DNA of 61,605 bases, filler included, from Candidatus Woesearchaeota archaeon (GTDB lineage: Archaea; Nanobdellota; Nanobdellia; Woesearchaeales; BM511): the NCBI GenBank assembly GCA_023266675.1. It is 4 parts of 4 records of this genome, joined end to end, with 100 filler letters (N's around TTAATTAATTAA, not from the genome) between each part and the next. Parts side by side here need not be neighbours in the genome. Positions count along the whole stretch, not along the records: positions 31,272 to 54,753 come from JAHFPP010000012.1; positions 54,854 to 61,605 come from JAHFPP010000065.1; 2 more parts are not named here. The stretch is one strand, 5' to 3'. Positions 51,189-61,377 of this stretch are shown here, in pieces (position 1 is the first letter of the stretch; every line of letters begins with the position of its first letter). The position numbers and the translations under genes are program-made. The notes under the pieces were generated by a model that had not been told where the DNA came from, made no database searches, and saw nothing but the letters and a program-made list of their open reading frames with translations.

Positions 51189-53039
51189 TTACTCTAACTG
51201 CAGATAGAAATAGTATCCTGTCAATTGATAATTCTTTGCGGCAACAAGAAGCTCAAAATCTACTGTCTCGTTTGTGAAACCTATCACATCATTTTTCAAT
51301 ATATTTGCATAAACTATGTTTCCGCCGCCATTATTGTCTCCAAGTATCACGTTCCAAAAGTTTTCATCCTTAACTCCTGTCGGTCCGTTAAGTTTTGTTG
51401 AATAACAATTTGATATCATGTTTGATGCAATAACAAACCCGGGATGAGTAGTTAGTGTAAAAGTATTTGTCACACTGTCATCAGCTGAAGCAGATTTTCC
51501 CAAAAACGTATTTTCAGAATTTATATTGGCGGCATTTGCGCAGTCAATTGTATTCCAGTCAATGTTTATTGACCTTGCTGCGAGTATCTCTCCGGAAACT
51601 GATATGTTGCCCCAATCATAAAGGCTATTGCCTGTGCTGTCACCAAGTTTTATTTTTGCAGAAATACTTCCGTAATAACCCTGCCAGGCATTTGTGGTTT
51701 GTGCAAGATTAAAATCCATTCTTGAAACGTTACCGCTTATTGTTTGCGCTACTCCGCCATCACGTGAGTCATTAAATCTTGATGTACCAACTTCAGTTAT
51801 ATTCAACTCTGCAAATCCTTGAGTGCCACTGCTAATTGTTATCACATTGGATAATAAAATGCTGTCAAAACCAAAAACAAGTGGGGTGCAGTTAACTTGG
51901 TAGGCGTATTGAGTTGAGTTGTCAAAGCTTCTGTTATATTCATACATTAATGAAGATGCATTATAGTTCATGCTTACAAACGGTGTCCATCCACCTGTAT
52001 TAAATGATATCTCACATGTTGCAGATACAGGTGCACCTGAAGTTATATTTGTGTAATTAGCAAAAAATATTACTGACTGATTTATTATTCTTAGCTGTGT
52101 GTCCGCATCTGCAAATGTTTCAAGCTTGCTTGTGCTTGTTATTGTATAATTTGAGAATCCAGTGACATTGAATACAAATGTTCCTGCGCTATTTGATACA
52201 ACTTTGCAGTTTTGGCAGACACTTCCGTCTTTCCATATTACAACATTATTGAATGGAAGATTGTAAAGTGTTAGTGTTGCGGATTTATTTAATACAGGTA
52301 TTGAAGCTGAATCTATTACAATAGAGTGGCCTGATATCGTAATGAAATTATCAAAATTAAGTCCGCCGCTTAAATCTGTAATTCCAAAGAACACAACTTT
52401 TCCTTGTCCTGATTTTGCCAGCGTAAAATTTGGAACAGCAGCTATATTAACAGTTGAAAGGTCTGTTGTTTCCCCGTCAAAGTGTGATATGGCAAAATTT
52501 GTGAAGTGATACAGGCTCGTGTTTGCAGAGTTGCCGTATAAATCTTCGCAGTTTAGGTAATAGCTGTGCGTCTGGTAATTCACGTTTGTGATTAGGAATC
52601 CGTTATTGCCGATTATTGGCGCATTATCTGTTCCTGCATAATTATTGTCAATATATAATGTGCAAAAACTTATATTGGATTCATCACTTATATTGTAACT
52701 GAAAGTTATGTCATGTCCGCTTACACCTGAATTATTTATTGGGCTAACAATTGTTATAACCGGTGCAGATATGTCATTTTGTGTTTGAAGTTCTAAACCA
52801 AAGTATCCATTGATATTTGCTGCGCTGTAATTCCCGAAAGTTGATGCGCCAGTTCCATATGACAATATATTACTGTTATTGGCGCTGTAAGAAATACTGC
52901 TGATTTCTGCGTCAGTGCTTATTGTTGTGCCGTTTCCTGATAGAGCGAAAGCAAAAGATGGTATGAATAATAAAGCTAAAGCTACTAGCACTATAATTCT
53001 AATTTTTTCTCTTTCCTTTACGCTTTTTTTATTATTCAT
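51189..53039 (-). CDS. Secreted surface (S-layer-like) protein
   Basis: Signal peptide, Ig-like segments, C-terminal WQGYYG...YFYLQLE domain. Confidence 0.75.
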   Translation of the reverse strand: MNNKKSVKEREKIRIIVLVALALLFIPSFAFALSGNGTTISTDAEISSISYSANNSNILSYGTGASTFGNYSAANINGYFGLELQTQNDISAPVITIVSPINNSGVSGHDITFSYNISDESNISFCTLYIDNNYAGTDNAPIIGNNGFLITNVNYQTHSYYLNCEDLYGNSANTSLYHFTNFAISHFDGETTDLSTVNIAAVPNFTLAKSGQGKVVFFGITDLSGGLNFDNFITISGHSIVIDSASIPVLNKSATLTLYNLPFNNVVIWKDGSVCQNCKVVSNSAGTFVFNVTGFSNYTITSTSKLETFADADTQLRIINQSVIFFANYTNITSGAPVSATCEISFNTGGWTPFVSMNYNASSLMYEYNRSFDNSTQYAYQVNCTPLVFGFDSILLSNVITISSGTQGFAELNITEVGTSRFNDSRDGGVAQTISGNVSRMDFNLAQTTNAWQGYYGSISAKIKLGDSTGNSLYDWGNISVSGEILAARSINIDWNTIDCANAANINSENTFLGKSASADDSVTNTFTLTTHPGFVIASNMISNCYSTKLNGPTGVKDENFWNVILGDNNGGGNIVYANILKNDVIGFTNETVDFELLVAAKNYQLTGYYFYLQLE

Positions 53040-53066
53040 AATTTTTAATATTCCTCTATCTACTCC

Positions 53067-54752
53067 TCAATTGTCTTTAGAGATGTAGAGTTTGTTGAAA
53101 CCCATCACGACACCAGTTGTACCTGCAGTTCCATTGGTCCTTCCTGTAAACATTCTCCAAGCAAGAACAGTATTTGCAGCTGGTAGTCTTGTATCATTTC
53201 CTAATAACGTGACTACACATGGTGATATGGATTCGTTATCAAGTCTTTTTGTATAAAACGAAACATTCCCTCCATTTGGCTGTGAGAATATTGTTGTTTC
53301 ATACACTGCCAAAGATGATGCTGAAATATTTCCAATTGGATAATTTAAACCGCAATCAGCTATTTTAGCTACCATATTTACTGTTCCATTAGCAGCATAA
53401 TACGTAAGATTTCTTGTCGTGTAATTAAATCCCGCAAAGATGCCATTAGTTGATAAAGTACCATTCATACAATTGGAGGAAATGGTATAAGCAGCAACTG
53501 AACCAACCATCCCAAAGCAACCGCTAGTAGAATTATCAGTCTGCTGAACATCATATCTCATAACAAGCTTAAATCCGCCGTTATTAGCAGCAAGAGAACT
53601 GTTTCCTCTTGCCCAATAAACAACTGCAGGTTTAAGTTCATCAAGCCCTGCAGCGCTAGTAAGCGTGGTTCTAGTCATGCTGTTTCTAATGCTAGTATAA
53701 TCAATTGTTCCAACACCGACAGTTCCAACAGGCGCAACAGCAGTAAAACCAGTAGCTAAAGGAGCAGCAGTTGTTGTTGAACTTCTTGCAGGAACATACA
53801 AGTTTATGTCATCATATGCAAAACCAGTTTGAATCTGTTTAGCATAACCACTTACTCCCATATAATCAAGTGTTGTCTCTGCACCTCTATCTTCTGCAAA
53901 TAATACTGTCCCGGAACTTGGTGTTTGAGGTTCTGATGCATTATTAATCCATAAATAACCCTGAGGAGTTATATCTGCATATTGCGCTCCTGCCATTGCA
54001 GAATTATTGTTGAATTGTATCTGACTATCACTTCCTCCAGGTGTTGTTGGTATAATACATTGTACTCCTCCACTTGTCGTATTCTGAACAACCTGACCTG
54101 AAGGACATGATCCATTTCTTGCAAGTGTTGAGTTATAAGTTAATGGAACATATTTTGTATCAAGCTGTGCTGTTGTGTTATAATTAATATCATCAGCACT
54201 CCAGTTTCCTATGCTTGTTATTTTGTTGTTTAGGTCTGTGTAGTTTAATCCTACGTTGGTGTTTGTTGCGTAACTAGGTTTGTCTAAAGTCCAGTTACCA
54301 ATGCTGTTAATTTTATTGTTTAGTGTTGTATCATTATTGTACGCCAAAGTCATATTACTAGCAAGGTTTGTTGCAGAAACGTAGTTTGGTTTGTCTAGTG
54401 TCCAGTTTCCTATTGATGTTATTTTTCCGTTTAGGTCAGTGTAGTTTAGTCCTATATTTGTATTAACTAAGGTTATGTTGCCATTTAAAGCAGTATTAGT
54501 TGTATATAACGTAGTTAATTGCGCCGTTGTATTATAACTGGTTTTATCATTAGTCCAGTTTCCTATGCTTGTTATTTTATTATTTAAATCGGTGTAATTT
54601 AATCCTACATTGGTGTTTGTTGCGTAACTAGATTTGTCTGCGCTCCAGTTTCCTATTGATGTTATGGTGTTGTTTTGGCTTAATTGCTGAGCGTTATCGT
54701 TAGCAATTGTCAAATAGTTTGGTTTGTCTAAAGTCCAGTTACCAATGCTGTT
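53067..54752 (-). CDS. Repeat-rich fibre-like protein, 5'-partial
   Basis: At least 6 SIGNW..D repeats continuing to the contig end; PGGSDSQIQFNN motif. Confidence 0.75.
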   Translation of the reverse strand, partial: NSIGNWTLDKPNYLTIANDNAQQLSQNNTITSIGNWSADKSSYATNTNVGLNYTDLNNKITSIGNWTNDKTSYNTTAQLTTLYTTNTALNGNITLVNTNIGLNYTDLNGKITSIGNWTLDKPNYVSATNLASNMTLAYNNDTTLNNKINSIGNWTLDKPSYATNTNVGLNYTDLNNKITSIGNWSADDINYNTTAQLDTKYVPLTYNSTLARNGSCPSGQVVQNTTSGGVQCIIPTTPGGSDSQIQFNNNSAMAGAQYADITPQGYLWINNASEPQTPSSGTVLFAEDRGAETTLDYMGVSGYAKQIQTGFAYDDINLYVPARSSTTTAAPLATGFTAVAPVGTVGVGTIDYTSIRNSMTRTTLTSAAGLDELKPAVVYWARGNSSLAANNGGFKLVMRYDVQQTDNSTSGCFGMVGSVAAYTISSNCMNGTLSTNGIFAGFNYTTRNLTYYAANGTVNMVAKIADCGLNYPIGNISASSLAVYETTIFSQPNGGNVSFYTKRLDNESISPCVVTLLGNDTRLPAANTVLAWRMFTGRTNGTAGTTGVVMGFNKLYISKDN

Positions 54753-54753
54753 A

Positions 54754-54853
54754 NNNNNNNNNNNNNNNNNNNNNNNNNNNNNNNNNNNNNNNNNNNNTTA
54801 ATTAATTAANNNNNNNNNNNNNNNNNNNNNNNNNNNNNNNNNNNNNNNNNNNN
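54754..54853. other. Artificial contig linker
   Basis: Same N-TTAATTAATTAA-N spacer. Confidence 0.97.
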
Positions 54854-54913
54854 TACATGCCGGCAGGCACATACACGCAAACACAAACATGGGTAACAAC
54901 AGCAATAGGATAA
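54854..54913 (+). CDS. 3' end of a paralogue of 49358-50272
   Basis: YMPAGTYTQTQTWVTTAIG* versus LAAGSYTQIQSWVTTAIG*. Confidence 0.75.
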   Translation, partial: YMPAGTYTQTQTWVTTAIG

Positions 54914-54933
54914 AATTTAAATTTAATAAAAAA

Positions 54934-55350
54934 CTATCTCTTATTCTCAAGACCTTTTAGAACGTGTTCAAGCTTTAGAAGTCTGTCTTTGATTGCTTTT
55001 AGCTTTTCTTTCTTAACATTCTTGTTGTGCATCAATGTGTCATAACTTTTTTTTACGTCAAGAATATGATTCTTTATATCTTTAATTTCAGATTCTCTTG
55101 AATCTGTTTTTAACTTTTCGTCGGCTTTCTCTGCAATCCTGTTTTTTATCCAGTCATCGGATTTGTTGTGCTGCTTATTTTCTAGCTCGTTAATCTTGTC
55201 AGAAATAATCCTTTTTTCGAGTGTTGGTGAGATTTTAATTCTTCTTTCAAACTTTGTCTGATTTTTTGCTGCAAGACATAAATGATGAAAAATCTTTTTA
55301 AAATCATCTCTATTAATTACAACTTTATTATCAGCTAGTGTCTCAGCCAT
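54934..55350 (-). CDS. Basic coiled-coil hypothetical protein
   Basis: Likely start MAETLAD immediately after the upstream stop. Confidence 0.65.
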   Translation of the reverse strand: MAETLADNKVVINRDDFKKIFHHLCLAAKNQTKFERRIKISPTLEKRIISDKINELENKQHNKSDDWIKNRIAEKADEKLKTDSRESEIKDIKNHILDVKKSYDTLMHNKNVKKEKLKAIKDRLLKLEHVLKGLENKR

Positions 55351-55357
55351 AGTTACC

Positions 55358-55936
55358 TTAAAACCCGAACATTTTTTTCTTTTGTGGAGCTTGAGGCGGC
55401 GGTGGCATTTCCATTCTTGGCAAAGGCTGCGGTCCTTGTGTTGTTGGCCCAAATGGTGACGAGAAGTCATCCATAGGTGGCATATTAAAATTAGGTGACT
55501 GAGGCATCATTGGAGGCTGCATTTCTCTTTGAGGCTGTGAGAACCTGTTTTGAGGCATCTGTTGTTCAAAATTCTGCCTTGGTTTTTGTGCACTCTCTCC
55601 ACTTTGTCTTGCTTTAAAATCGTCAAACATCTCTGCTAGCGCAACTATCCCTTTTGCAATCTTTTCATTTTGCTCTGAGAGTCTTTCAACTTTTTCAAAG
55701 AATGGTACAATCTTTTTTGACATGACATCAGTGTCATGGCTTTCAGCCTTCATCGAATCTGACGCAGTCTTGAAAAGATTCAACAAGTTATTTATTGAAT
55801 CATTGAGTTTGTCAATTGATTCTTTAAGCTCTTTGCCTTCACTGCTTGAGCCTAAAGGCGTTTTTTTAAGCCTTTCAACATCACTTTTTAAAGAATCAAA
55901 ATCTTTCTCAGGAACCATCTCATACTCATTAGCCAT
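55358..55936 (-). CDS. Coiled-coil protein with Pro/Gln-rich tail
   Basis: GAGGT RBS; heptads followed by a PQ-rich tail ending KKKMFGF. Confidence 0.75.
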   Translation of the reverse strand: MANEYEMVPEKDFDSLKSDVERLKKTPLGSSSEGKELKESIDKLNDSINNLLNLFKTASDSMKAESHDTDVMSKKIVPFFEKVERLSEQNEKIAKGIVALAEMFDDFKARQSGESAQKPRQNFEQQMPQNRFSQPQREMQPPMMPQSPNFNMPPMDDFSSPFGPTTQGPQPLPRMEMPPPPQAPQKKKMFGF

Positions 55937-56099
55937 AAATATCAACCTCTCTTTTTAACAAAAACCTCAATATTAGCTTATATTAGACTGAAGAATTTAA
56001 ATAGTTTTTGGAAAAGACGTCCAGAATCAGTTTATAACATGTTTTAAGAATCATATTTCAGATAACTAATAAGCTTAAAATTTAATGAAACAATAAGAA

Positions 56100-56531
56100 T
56101 CACTTAACTAAATCCTCTATGTTTTTATTTCTTAATTCTCTTTTATGCAAATCCTGAACAGCTGCTGTTACGCTCCCTGCATAAACACCAATCATTCCGG
56201 AAGTATAATCTGGGTGCTGTGTCATTATCTCCCTTGCGCCAACTGGGTCTACTATTGCGTATAATAAAGGTGCAGCTGTAATACCTGCAATACAAGCTTT
56301 CTCTAATTTTGGCAAAACTTTTTCATCAAATCCGGGAATAATATACTTATCTACTCCTCTTGATGCAATTTGTAGTATTTTAACAACTGAGTATATCCCT
56401 GAGAAGCCAAGAGCAAAATTGCTAACCATTCCTCTCTCTTGTATAACTTGGGGTAGAGGGTCCATTACAAAATGAGACATCCCGTTTACAATATCATATA
56501 AAAACGGTTTAGTCATAACATCAATTAACAT
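56100..56531 (-). CDS. Hypothetical protein with hydrophobic segments
   Basis: 143-aa ORF. Confidence 0.6.
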   Translation of the reverse strand: MLIDVMTKPFLYDIVNGMSHFVMDPLPQVIQERGMVSNFALGFSGIYSVVKILQIASRGVDKYIIPGFDEKVLPKLEKACIAGITAAPLLYAIVDPVGAREIMTQHPDYTSGMIGVYAGSVTAAVQDLHKRELRNKNIEDLVK

Positions 56532-56671
56532 GTTTTGGTATATAAATCTTTTGTTTTTTACTACTATTAAGTAATATAAATATATTAACTTAAATTTATC
56601 TCTTATAAAAACTAATTAGAATACTTTGCTTGACAAATACAATTATAAACCTAAGAAATTATTTGTGTTCT

Positions 56672-58600
56672 CTAAAACTCAACCTTAATAATGTCTCTTT
56701 GGATTTTTTTGATGCATTTCTCTACTTTGTCTGTAAGTTCATGGTCTGTTGTTGCGCGAAGAATCTGCCTGTAAAGGTCTATTATCTGCCTAAATATCCT
56801 GATTATGTCGCCTTCATCAATGCTTGTGCAGTCCATAAGGTCTGCAAACTGTCCGCCTTCAAACCACATCGTGACCATCTTGTTCATCCTTGCAACGTTT
56901 CTAAAATTAAGCTTTTTCTCAGCGTACGCGTTTTCTGAAAGCGTGTCAACAATATGAAAATACGTTTTTTTGTCACCGTTCTTGAATTTATCCATTAACC
57001 TTTCTTCATAAACAATTGAAGCAATTATAATTGTCATCTCAAGGTCAGTGAATTTTTTATAGAGCGGGCTGCAGAATAACTCTGTTATTAACAGTTCGTT
57101 TGAATATATATGCGTTGCAAACCTTCCTTTCTCAGTCACCTTGTTTTCTTTTGAAATATAACCCATCTTTTTTAGGCGCTCAACCATGTGGTTGTATGTT
57201 GCCATTATCCTTATCTGGTGGCCGCCTTTCTTTTTTAAGTAATAGTCAAAGCTGCTTTTTAGAATTACTTCCTGCTCATCCTTTGTGTGCTTATCCATTA
57301 GGTTGATTACAGTGTTGTATGAAAGCTTGAACTGCGAGATTATAGGGTCAGTATCTTTTGAAGTGAATTCTTCAACCTTGTTTGCGTCAAAAGTTTTTCG
57401 TTCAACTAGCGCGATTGCAAGACCTTCCTTGTCTATTCCACGCCGTCCAGCGCGGCCAGCCAATTGGAAATATTCTTTTGAATTTAAAAATCTGAAATTC
57501 ATACCATCATATTTTTCTAGAGAGTGAAAGCACACAGTCCTTGCCGGCATGTTTATTCCAACAGCAAAAGTCTCTGTTGCATAAAGAACTGATATCAGCC
57601 CTCTTCCAAAAAGTGTCTCAACAATCTCTTTTAATGCTGGAAGAATGCCTGCGTGGTGAACTCCAATTCCTTTTGGGAGAATTTTTTTCATGAACTGAAC
57701 TGACTCCATGCGTCTAAGTTCTGGAGGAATCGATTTTGAGATGTAGTCAACTATATCCTCTTTTTGCTCCCGTGTTGTGAAATCGTTTTTTCTGTAAAGC
57801 TGCTCTGCAAGCTCTTCGCATTTTCTTCTTGAAAAAACAAAAAACATGCATGGAAGCTTGTCTTTGCTTTTAAGCTCATTTATTAAATCAATATGGTTTG
57901 GTATCTTTCTTTCTTCGCGCACATCATGCCTTTTTTTCTGCTTCATTGCTTTATAATAATCAGGATAGCGGTCTAGCTCAATCGATTTTCGTAGTTCAGG
58001 AATAGTTGTTATGCCAAGCTGAATATCATACAGGAAATGTTTTAGCGGCACTGCACGCTCACCGTACTTTACAACATCAACTTTGTGTTTTTTTATTGAT
58101 TCAATCCATTCTGCAAATTCCTTTGCGTTTGGGATTGTTGCTGAAAGGCAAAGAAACCTTACGTGTTCTGGCGAAAATATTATCGCTTCTTCCCAGACTG
58201 TTCCACGCTCATAATCATTTATGAAATGAATCTCATCAAAAACAATGTAGCTTAGCTGCTCTACAAGCTCGTCTTTAGTTACAAGCATGTTTCTGTAAAT
58301 CTCTGTAGTCATTATAAGAATCTGGCCGCCGTGGTTGATTGTAACGTCACCAGTCAAAAGTCCGACAGCTTCTTCGCCAAAGGATTCCTTAAACTCCTTG
58401 TATTTCTGGTTTGAAAGCGCTTTAATTGGAGATGTGTAAATAATCCTTTTATGCTCTCTTAAGAACTTATCAATCATATAATCTGCTATGAGTGTTTTTC
58501 CTGTTCCAGTTGCCGCTGAGACAACAACCGAGTTTCCGTTTTCAATAGAATTTATGGCATCTATCTGGAATTTGTCAAGCGTGAATCCTTTATATTGCAT
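56672..58600 (-). CDS. Ski2/HelY-like DEAD/DEAH-box helicase
   Basis: ATGTGKT, SPIKALSNQK, DEIH, LSAT, HHAG, ATETFAVGINMPA, QLAGRAGRRG, DSHCT-like C-terminus. Confidence 0.95.
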   Translation of the reverse strand: MQYKGFTLDKFQIDAINSIENGNSVVVSAATGTGKTLIADYMIDKFLREHKRIIYTSPIKALSNQKYKEFKESFGEEAVGLLTGDVTINHGGQILIMTTEIYRNMLVTKDELVEQLSYIVFDEIHFINDYERGTVWEEAIIFSPEHVRFLCLSATIPNAKEFAEWIESIKKHKVDVVKYGERAVPLKHFLYDIQLGITTIPELRKSIELDRYPDYYKAMKQKKRHDVREERKIPNHIDLINELKSKDKLPCMFFVFSRRKCEELAEQLYRKNDFTTREQKEDIVDYISKSIPPELRRMESVQFMKKILPKGIGVHHAGILPALKEIVETLFGRGLISVLYATETFAVGINMPARTVCFHSLEKYDGMNFRFLNSKEYFQLAGRAGRRGIDKEGLAIALVERKTFDANKVEEFTSKDTDPIISQFKLSYNTVINLMDKHTKDEQEVILKSSFDYYLKKKGGHQIRIMATYNHMVERLKKMGYISKENKVTEKGRFATHIYSNELLITELFCSPLYKKFTDLEMTIIIASIVYEERLMDKFKNGDKKTYFHIVDTLSENAYAEKKLNFRNVARMNKMVTMWFEGGQFADLMDCTSIDEGDIIRIFRQIIDLYRQILRATTDHELTDKVEKCIKKIQRDIIKVEF

Positions 58601-58648
58601 TATATCCTCTTATAATATGTGTATGTTTTTAATTGTTTGGGTTTTTAG

Positions 58649-58778
58649 GCATTATTGAAAAGTTACCATACTACATCTCACTACGCAAAAACGCTTCGTT
58701 CGATTACGTCTGGCATTGCGTTATTTACTTTGTAAATAATGCAACTTATTGCACAGACGGTTAACTTTTCAATAACGC
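58649..58778 (-). repeat. Structured element bounded by ~19-bp imperfect inverted repeats
   Basis: GCATTATTGAAAAGTTACC / GGTTAACTTTTCAATAACGC; internal CGTCTG...CAGACG and TTGCGTTATTTAC-TTT-GTAAATAATGCAA. Confidence 0.7.
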
Positions 58779-58816
58779 AGGATTTTTAAGAAATTAAACG
58801 ATAAGAAGCCTAATTC

Positions 58817-59344
58817 TTATTTCCTTTTCTCAGCTTCTTTGATAAAAGCAAGGTATTTGTCTTTTTCCTTTGAAGAATCTTTTTCAATCTTGTTAAACTT
58901 TCCAAGCATTTCTTTCTGTGTTTTTTCGCTTAATGCTTCATCAGCCATAGGATAAAGGATTTTGTCTTCCTTCATTATGTGCTCTTCAAGCAGATTTGCG
59001 TAGCCTACAGCGTTTTCAACAACTTTTTTACTGTTGTTTTCCTTTACTGCCTTTTCAAGGTTCATTACAAATTCTCTTCCAATATCGTGTTCGTGAAGCA
59101 TCTGTCCTGTTGGGTTGCAGTGCATTTTTACATCATCTTTGTTCAATTCAATAAAAAGAATATCTTCTTCTTTTGCGTGATGAAAATGGTCTGCGTAGCC
59201 TTTTATGAAATCAATTGATTTACTGAAGAATTCTTTGTCTATACTCTTTCCTTTTTCAATTGCATCGCATTCTCTTTTAAGTGCGTCAATTACCTTTATT
59301 ATGTTCTTGTGCTCAAGCGTTAACATTTGTGTTGCTGTTGTCAT
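58817..59344 (-). CDS. Hemerythrin/HHE cation-binding domain protein
   Basis: EH, HHAKEEDILF, MLHEH and HIMKEDKILYP motifs. Confidence 0.92.
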   Translation of the reverse strand: MTTATQMLTLEHKNIIKVIDALKRECDAIEKGKSIDKEFFSKSIDFIKGYADHFHHAKEEDILFIELNKDDVKMHCNPTGQMLHEHDIGREFVMNLEKAVKENNSKKVVENAVGYANLLEEHIMKEDKILYPMADEALSEKTQKEMLGKFNKIEKDSSKEKDKYLAFIKEAEKRK

Positions 59345-59427
59345 AAAAGAAACGATTTATGCGCTGTTTTTATATCTTTTGGTTAAGATATGCTCTTAAT
59401 TTTTTTTATTCGAAAAGATTTGTTCTA

Positions 59428-59548
59428 ACGACCTTTTACGAAAAACGCAAGAAAATCAGGAATGATTTTCTGCGCACAGAAAACAAAAATGTTTTTTTGT
59501 GGCTCGAGCAAAAGATGGCGAGTTTATCAAAAACATAAACTCACCTAT
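59428..59548 (-). repeat. Dispersed structured element, copy 2
   Basis: Homologous to 11569-11683; begins 3 nt after the yggS stop. Confidence 0.8.
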
Positions 59549-59551
59549 CCC

Positions 59552-60187
59552 TTATTCATACAACTTTGTACCAATTCTCACCATGTTGCTTCCTTCAGAA
59601 ATAGCGACTTTGTAATCGTTTGACATTCCCATTGAAAGTCTCGTCAACTCATATTCTTTTTTGTATCTGTTATACAGTTTTCTCATATCTTTGAAATAAA
59701 CCCTTGTTCTCTCAGCTTCAATGTGTGGCGCAATCATCATAAAACCTTCAATTTTGACGTTATCCAGTTTTGATATTATTTGAATTGCATCTTTAACATC
59801 TTTTTCTTCAAATCCAAACTTCTGAGATTCATTTGCAATATTCACTTGAACAAATATTTTCATAATTTTATTTTGTTTTCTTGCTTCCTTATCTATCTCC
59901 TCTGCAAGCGATACCGAGTCAACGCTTTGAATTACATGAAAAAGCTTAACTGCTTTTTTCACTTTGTTTGACTGTAAATGCCCAATCATATGCCAGTTTG
60001 CCTCAATTTTTTTTATTTTTTCTTCAGCTACCTCTATCCTGTTCTCGCCAAAATCGTTTAGGCCTAACTCTTTTAGAAATTTTACAGTATCAACGTCAAC
60101 TGTTTTTGTGACAGCAACAAGAGTTGCATTATTGCCGACTTCTTTTTTTATATTTTCAATATTTTCTCTTATTTTTTCTTTATCCAT
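59552..60187 (-). CDS. yggS: YggS family PLP-binding protein
   Basis: LVAVTK, FGEN, WHMIGHLQSNK, VQVN, LSMGMSND, VRIG. Confidence 0.96.
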   Translation of the reverse strand: MDKEKIRENIENIKKEVGNNATLVAVTKTVDVDTVKFLKELGLNDFGENRIEVAEEKIKKIEANWHMIGHLQSNKVKKAVKLFHVIQSVDSVSLAEEIDKEARKQNKIMKIFVQVNIANESQKFGFEEKDVKDAIQIISKLDNVKIEGFMMIAPHIEAERTRVYFKDMRKLYNRYKKEYELTRLSMGMSNDYKVAISEGSNMVRIGTKLYE

Positions 60188-60213
60188 TTTAAACAGAACC
60201 CTATCTATTTTTT

Positions 60214-60783
60214 TTACTTTAAATCAATAACATATTTTACTCCAATTCTTTGTTTGCTAAATTTTACATCAAGATGCGTGTTGTTAGATGTATACGCTTT
60301 GATGCCTCCAGTTAAAAAACCATAAGCTCCATTTGCACCTTTGTCTTTTAGCGGATGTACCATCAGAAAATCATTATTTTTAGCCATGTTATCCACTAAT
60401 ATTGGATTGATAGTATCTGTATAAAAATTTACTAATATAACAGGTCTTTTCTCAGTCTCTCTTCTAAAAAAATCACTTACTGCAAATCTACTGTAACTTC
60501 CTCTTTGTATAAGTTTAGTATAGTACTCTTCGTTAAATCTCTGTGTGGTTAAAACTGGGGGTGATTGGCTGTAATCATGCAATTCATAATTCTGTTTTGT
60601 AACGTCTATTTCATCAAGACCAAATTTAGGTATGCTCCTTTTTTGTTTAACTTCATATTCTACCTTTTCTGCAAGCGAATCATATTTACTATTATTTTGA
60701 GCTAAAGAATTTCCAGAATTTAATGTCAAACCTAATCCTACAACCAATTCTCCTATTGTTTTTAGAATTCGTTTTTTATCCAT
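60214..60783 (-). CDS. Hypothetical exported protein
   Basis: N-terminal signal-like segment. Confidence 0.65.
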   Translation of the reverse strand: MDKKRILKTIGELVVGLGLTLNSGNSLAQNNSKYDSLAEKVEYEVKQKRSIPKFGLDEIDVTKQNYELHDYSQSPPVLTTQRFNEEYYTKLIQRGSYSRFAVSDFFRRETEKRPVILVNFYTDTINPILVDNMAKNNDFLMVHPLKDKGANGAYGFLTGGIKAYTSNNTHLDVKFSKQRIGVKYVIDLK

Positions 60784-60861
60784 ATTGTTTACCTTTTCTG
60801 TAATTATTACTATTTAATCTTTTACCTTTATCATCTGTTTTTATCTGTTTTAAATAAAATC

Positions 60862-61323
60862 TCACTTATAAAAAACAACGTCATGGCTTAAGAGTCTTCC
60901 TTTGTTATAAACAAACTTTGATGAGAAAAAAGGCTTCTTATCAAGCCACTTGAGAAATATTCTGTCGCCATCCCATAAATTAAGTTTTAAGAGTTTTTTG
61001 TCATCAATCCATTCAAGGATACCTTCGTCTGAATCAATTAGTTTCCCACTGAATTTATTCGCTGTAAAAACAAAAACGCGCCAGTCTTCGTTTCCGTCAA
61101 ACGCGGGAAATGTAATTATTCCTTTTAATGTTGGCTTTTTTATTTTTAGCCCACTTTCTTCTTCAACTTCGCGTATGATGCATTCTTCTGGCGTTTCACT
61201 GTCTTCAAACTTTCCGCCTAGTCCATTCCATTTGCCTTCATGCATATCATTCTCTTTTTTTATTCTGTGAAGCATGAGTGTTTTCTTGTTTTTCTTGATA
61301 TAGCACAGCGTTGCAAGTTTCAT
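60862..61323 (-). CDS. MutT-like NUDIX hydrolase (8-oxo-dGTPase family)
   Basis: GKWNGLGGKFE..ETPEEC..REVEEESG; LW.GD..FL. Confidence 0.9.
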   Translation of the reverse strand: MKLATLCYIKKNKKTLMLHRIKKENDMHEGKWNGLGGKFEDSETPEECIIREVEEESGLKIKKPTLKGIITFPAFDGNEDWRVFVFTANKFSGKLIDSDEGILEWIDDKKLLKLNLWDGDRIFLKWLDKKPFFSSKFVYNKGRLLSHDVVFYK

Positions 61324-61377
61324 AACATCCAAAATAAAGAGTTCATTTATAAAATTTTGGTCTTATATATAATCAAT

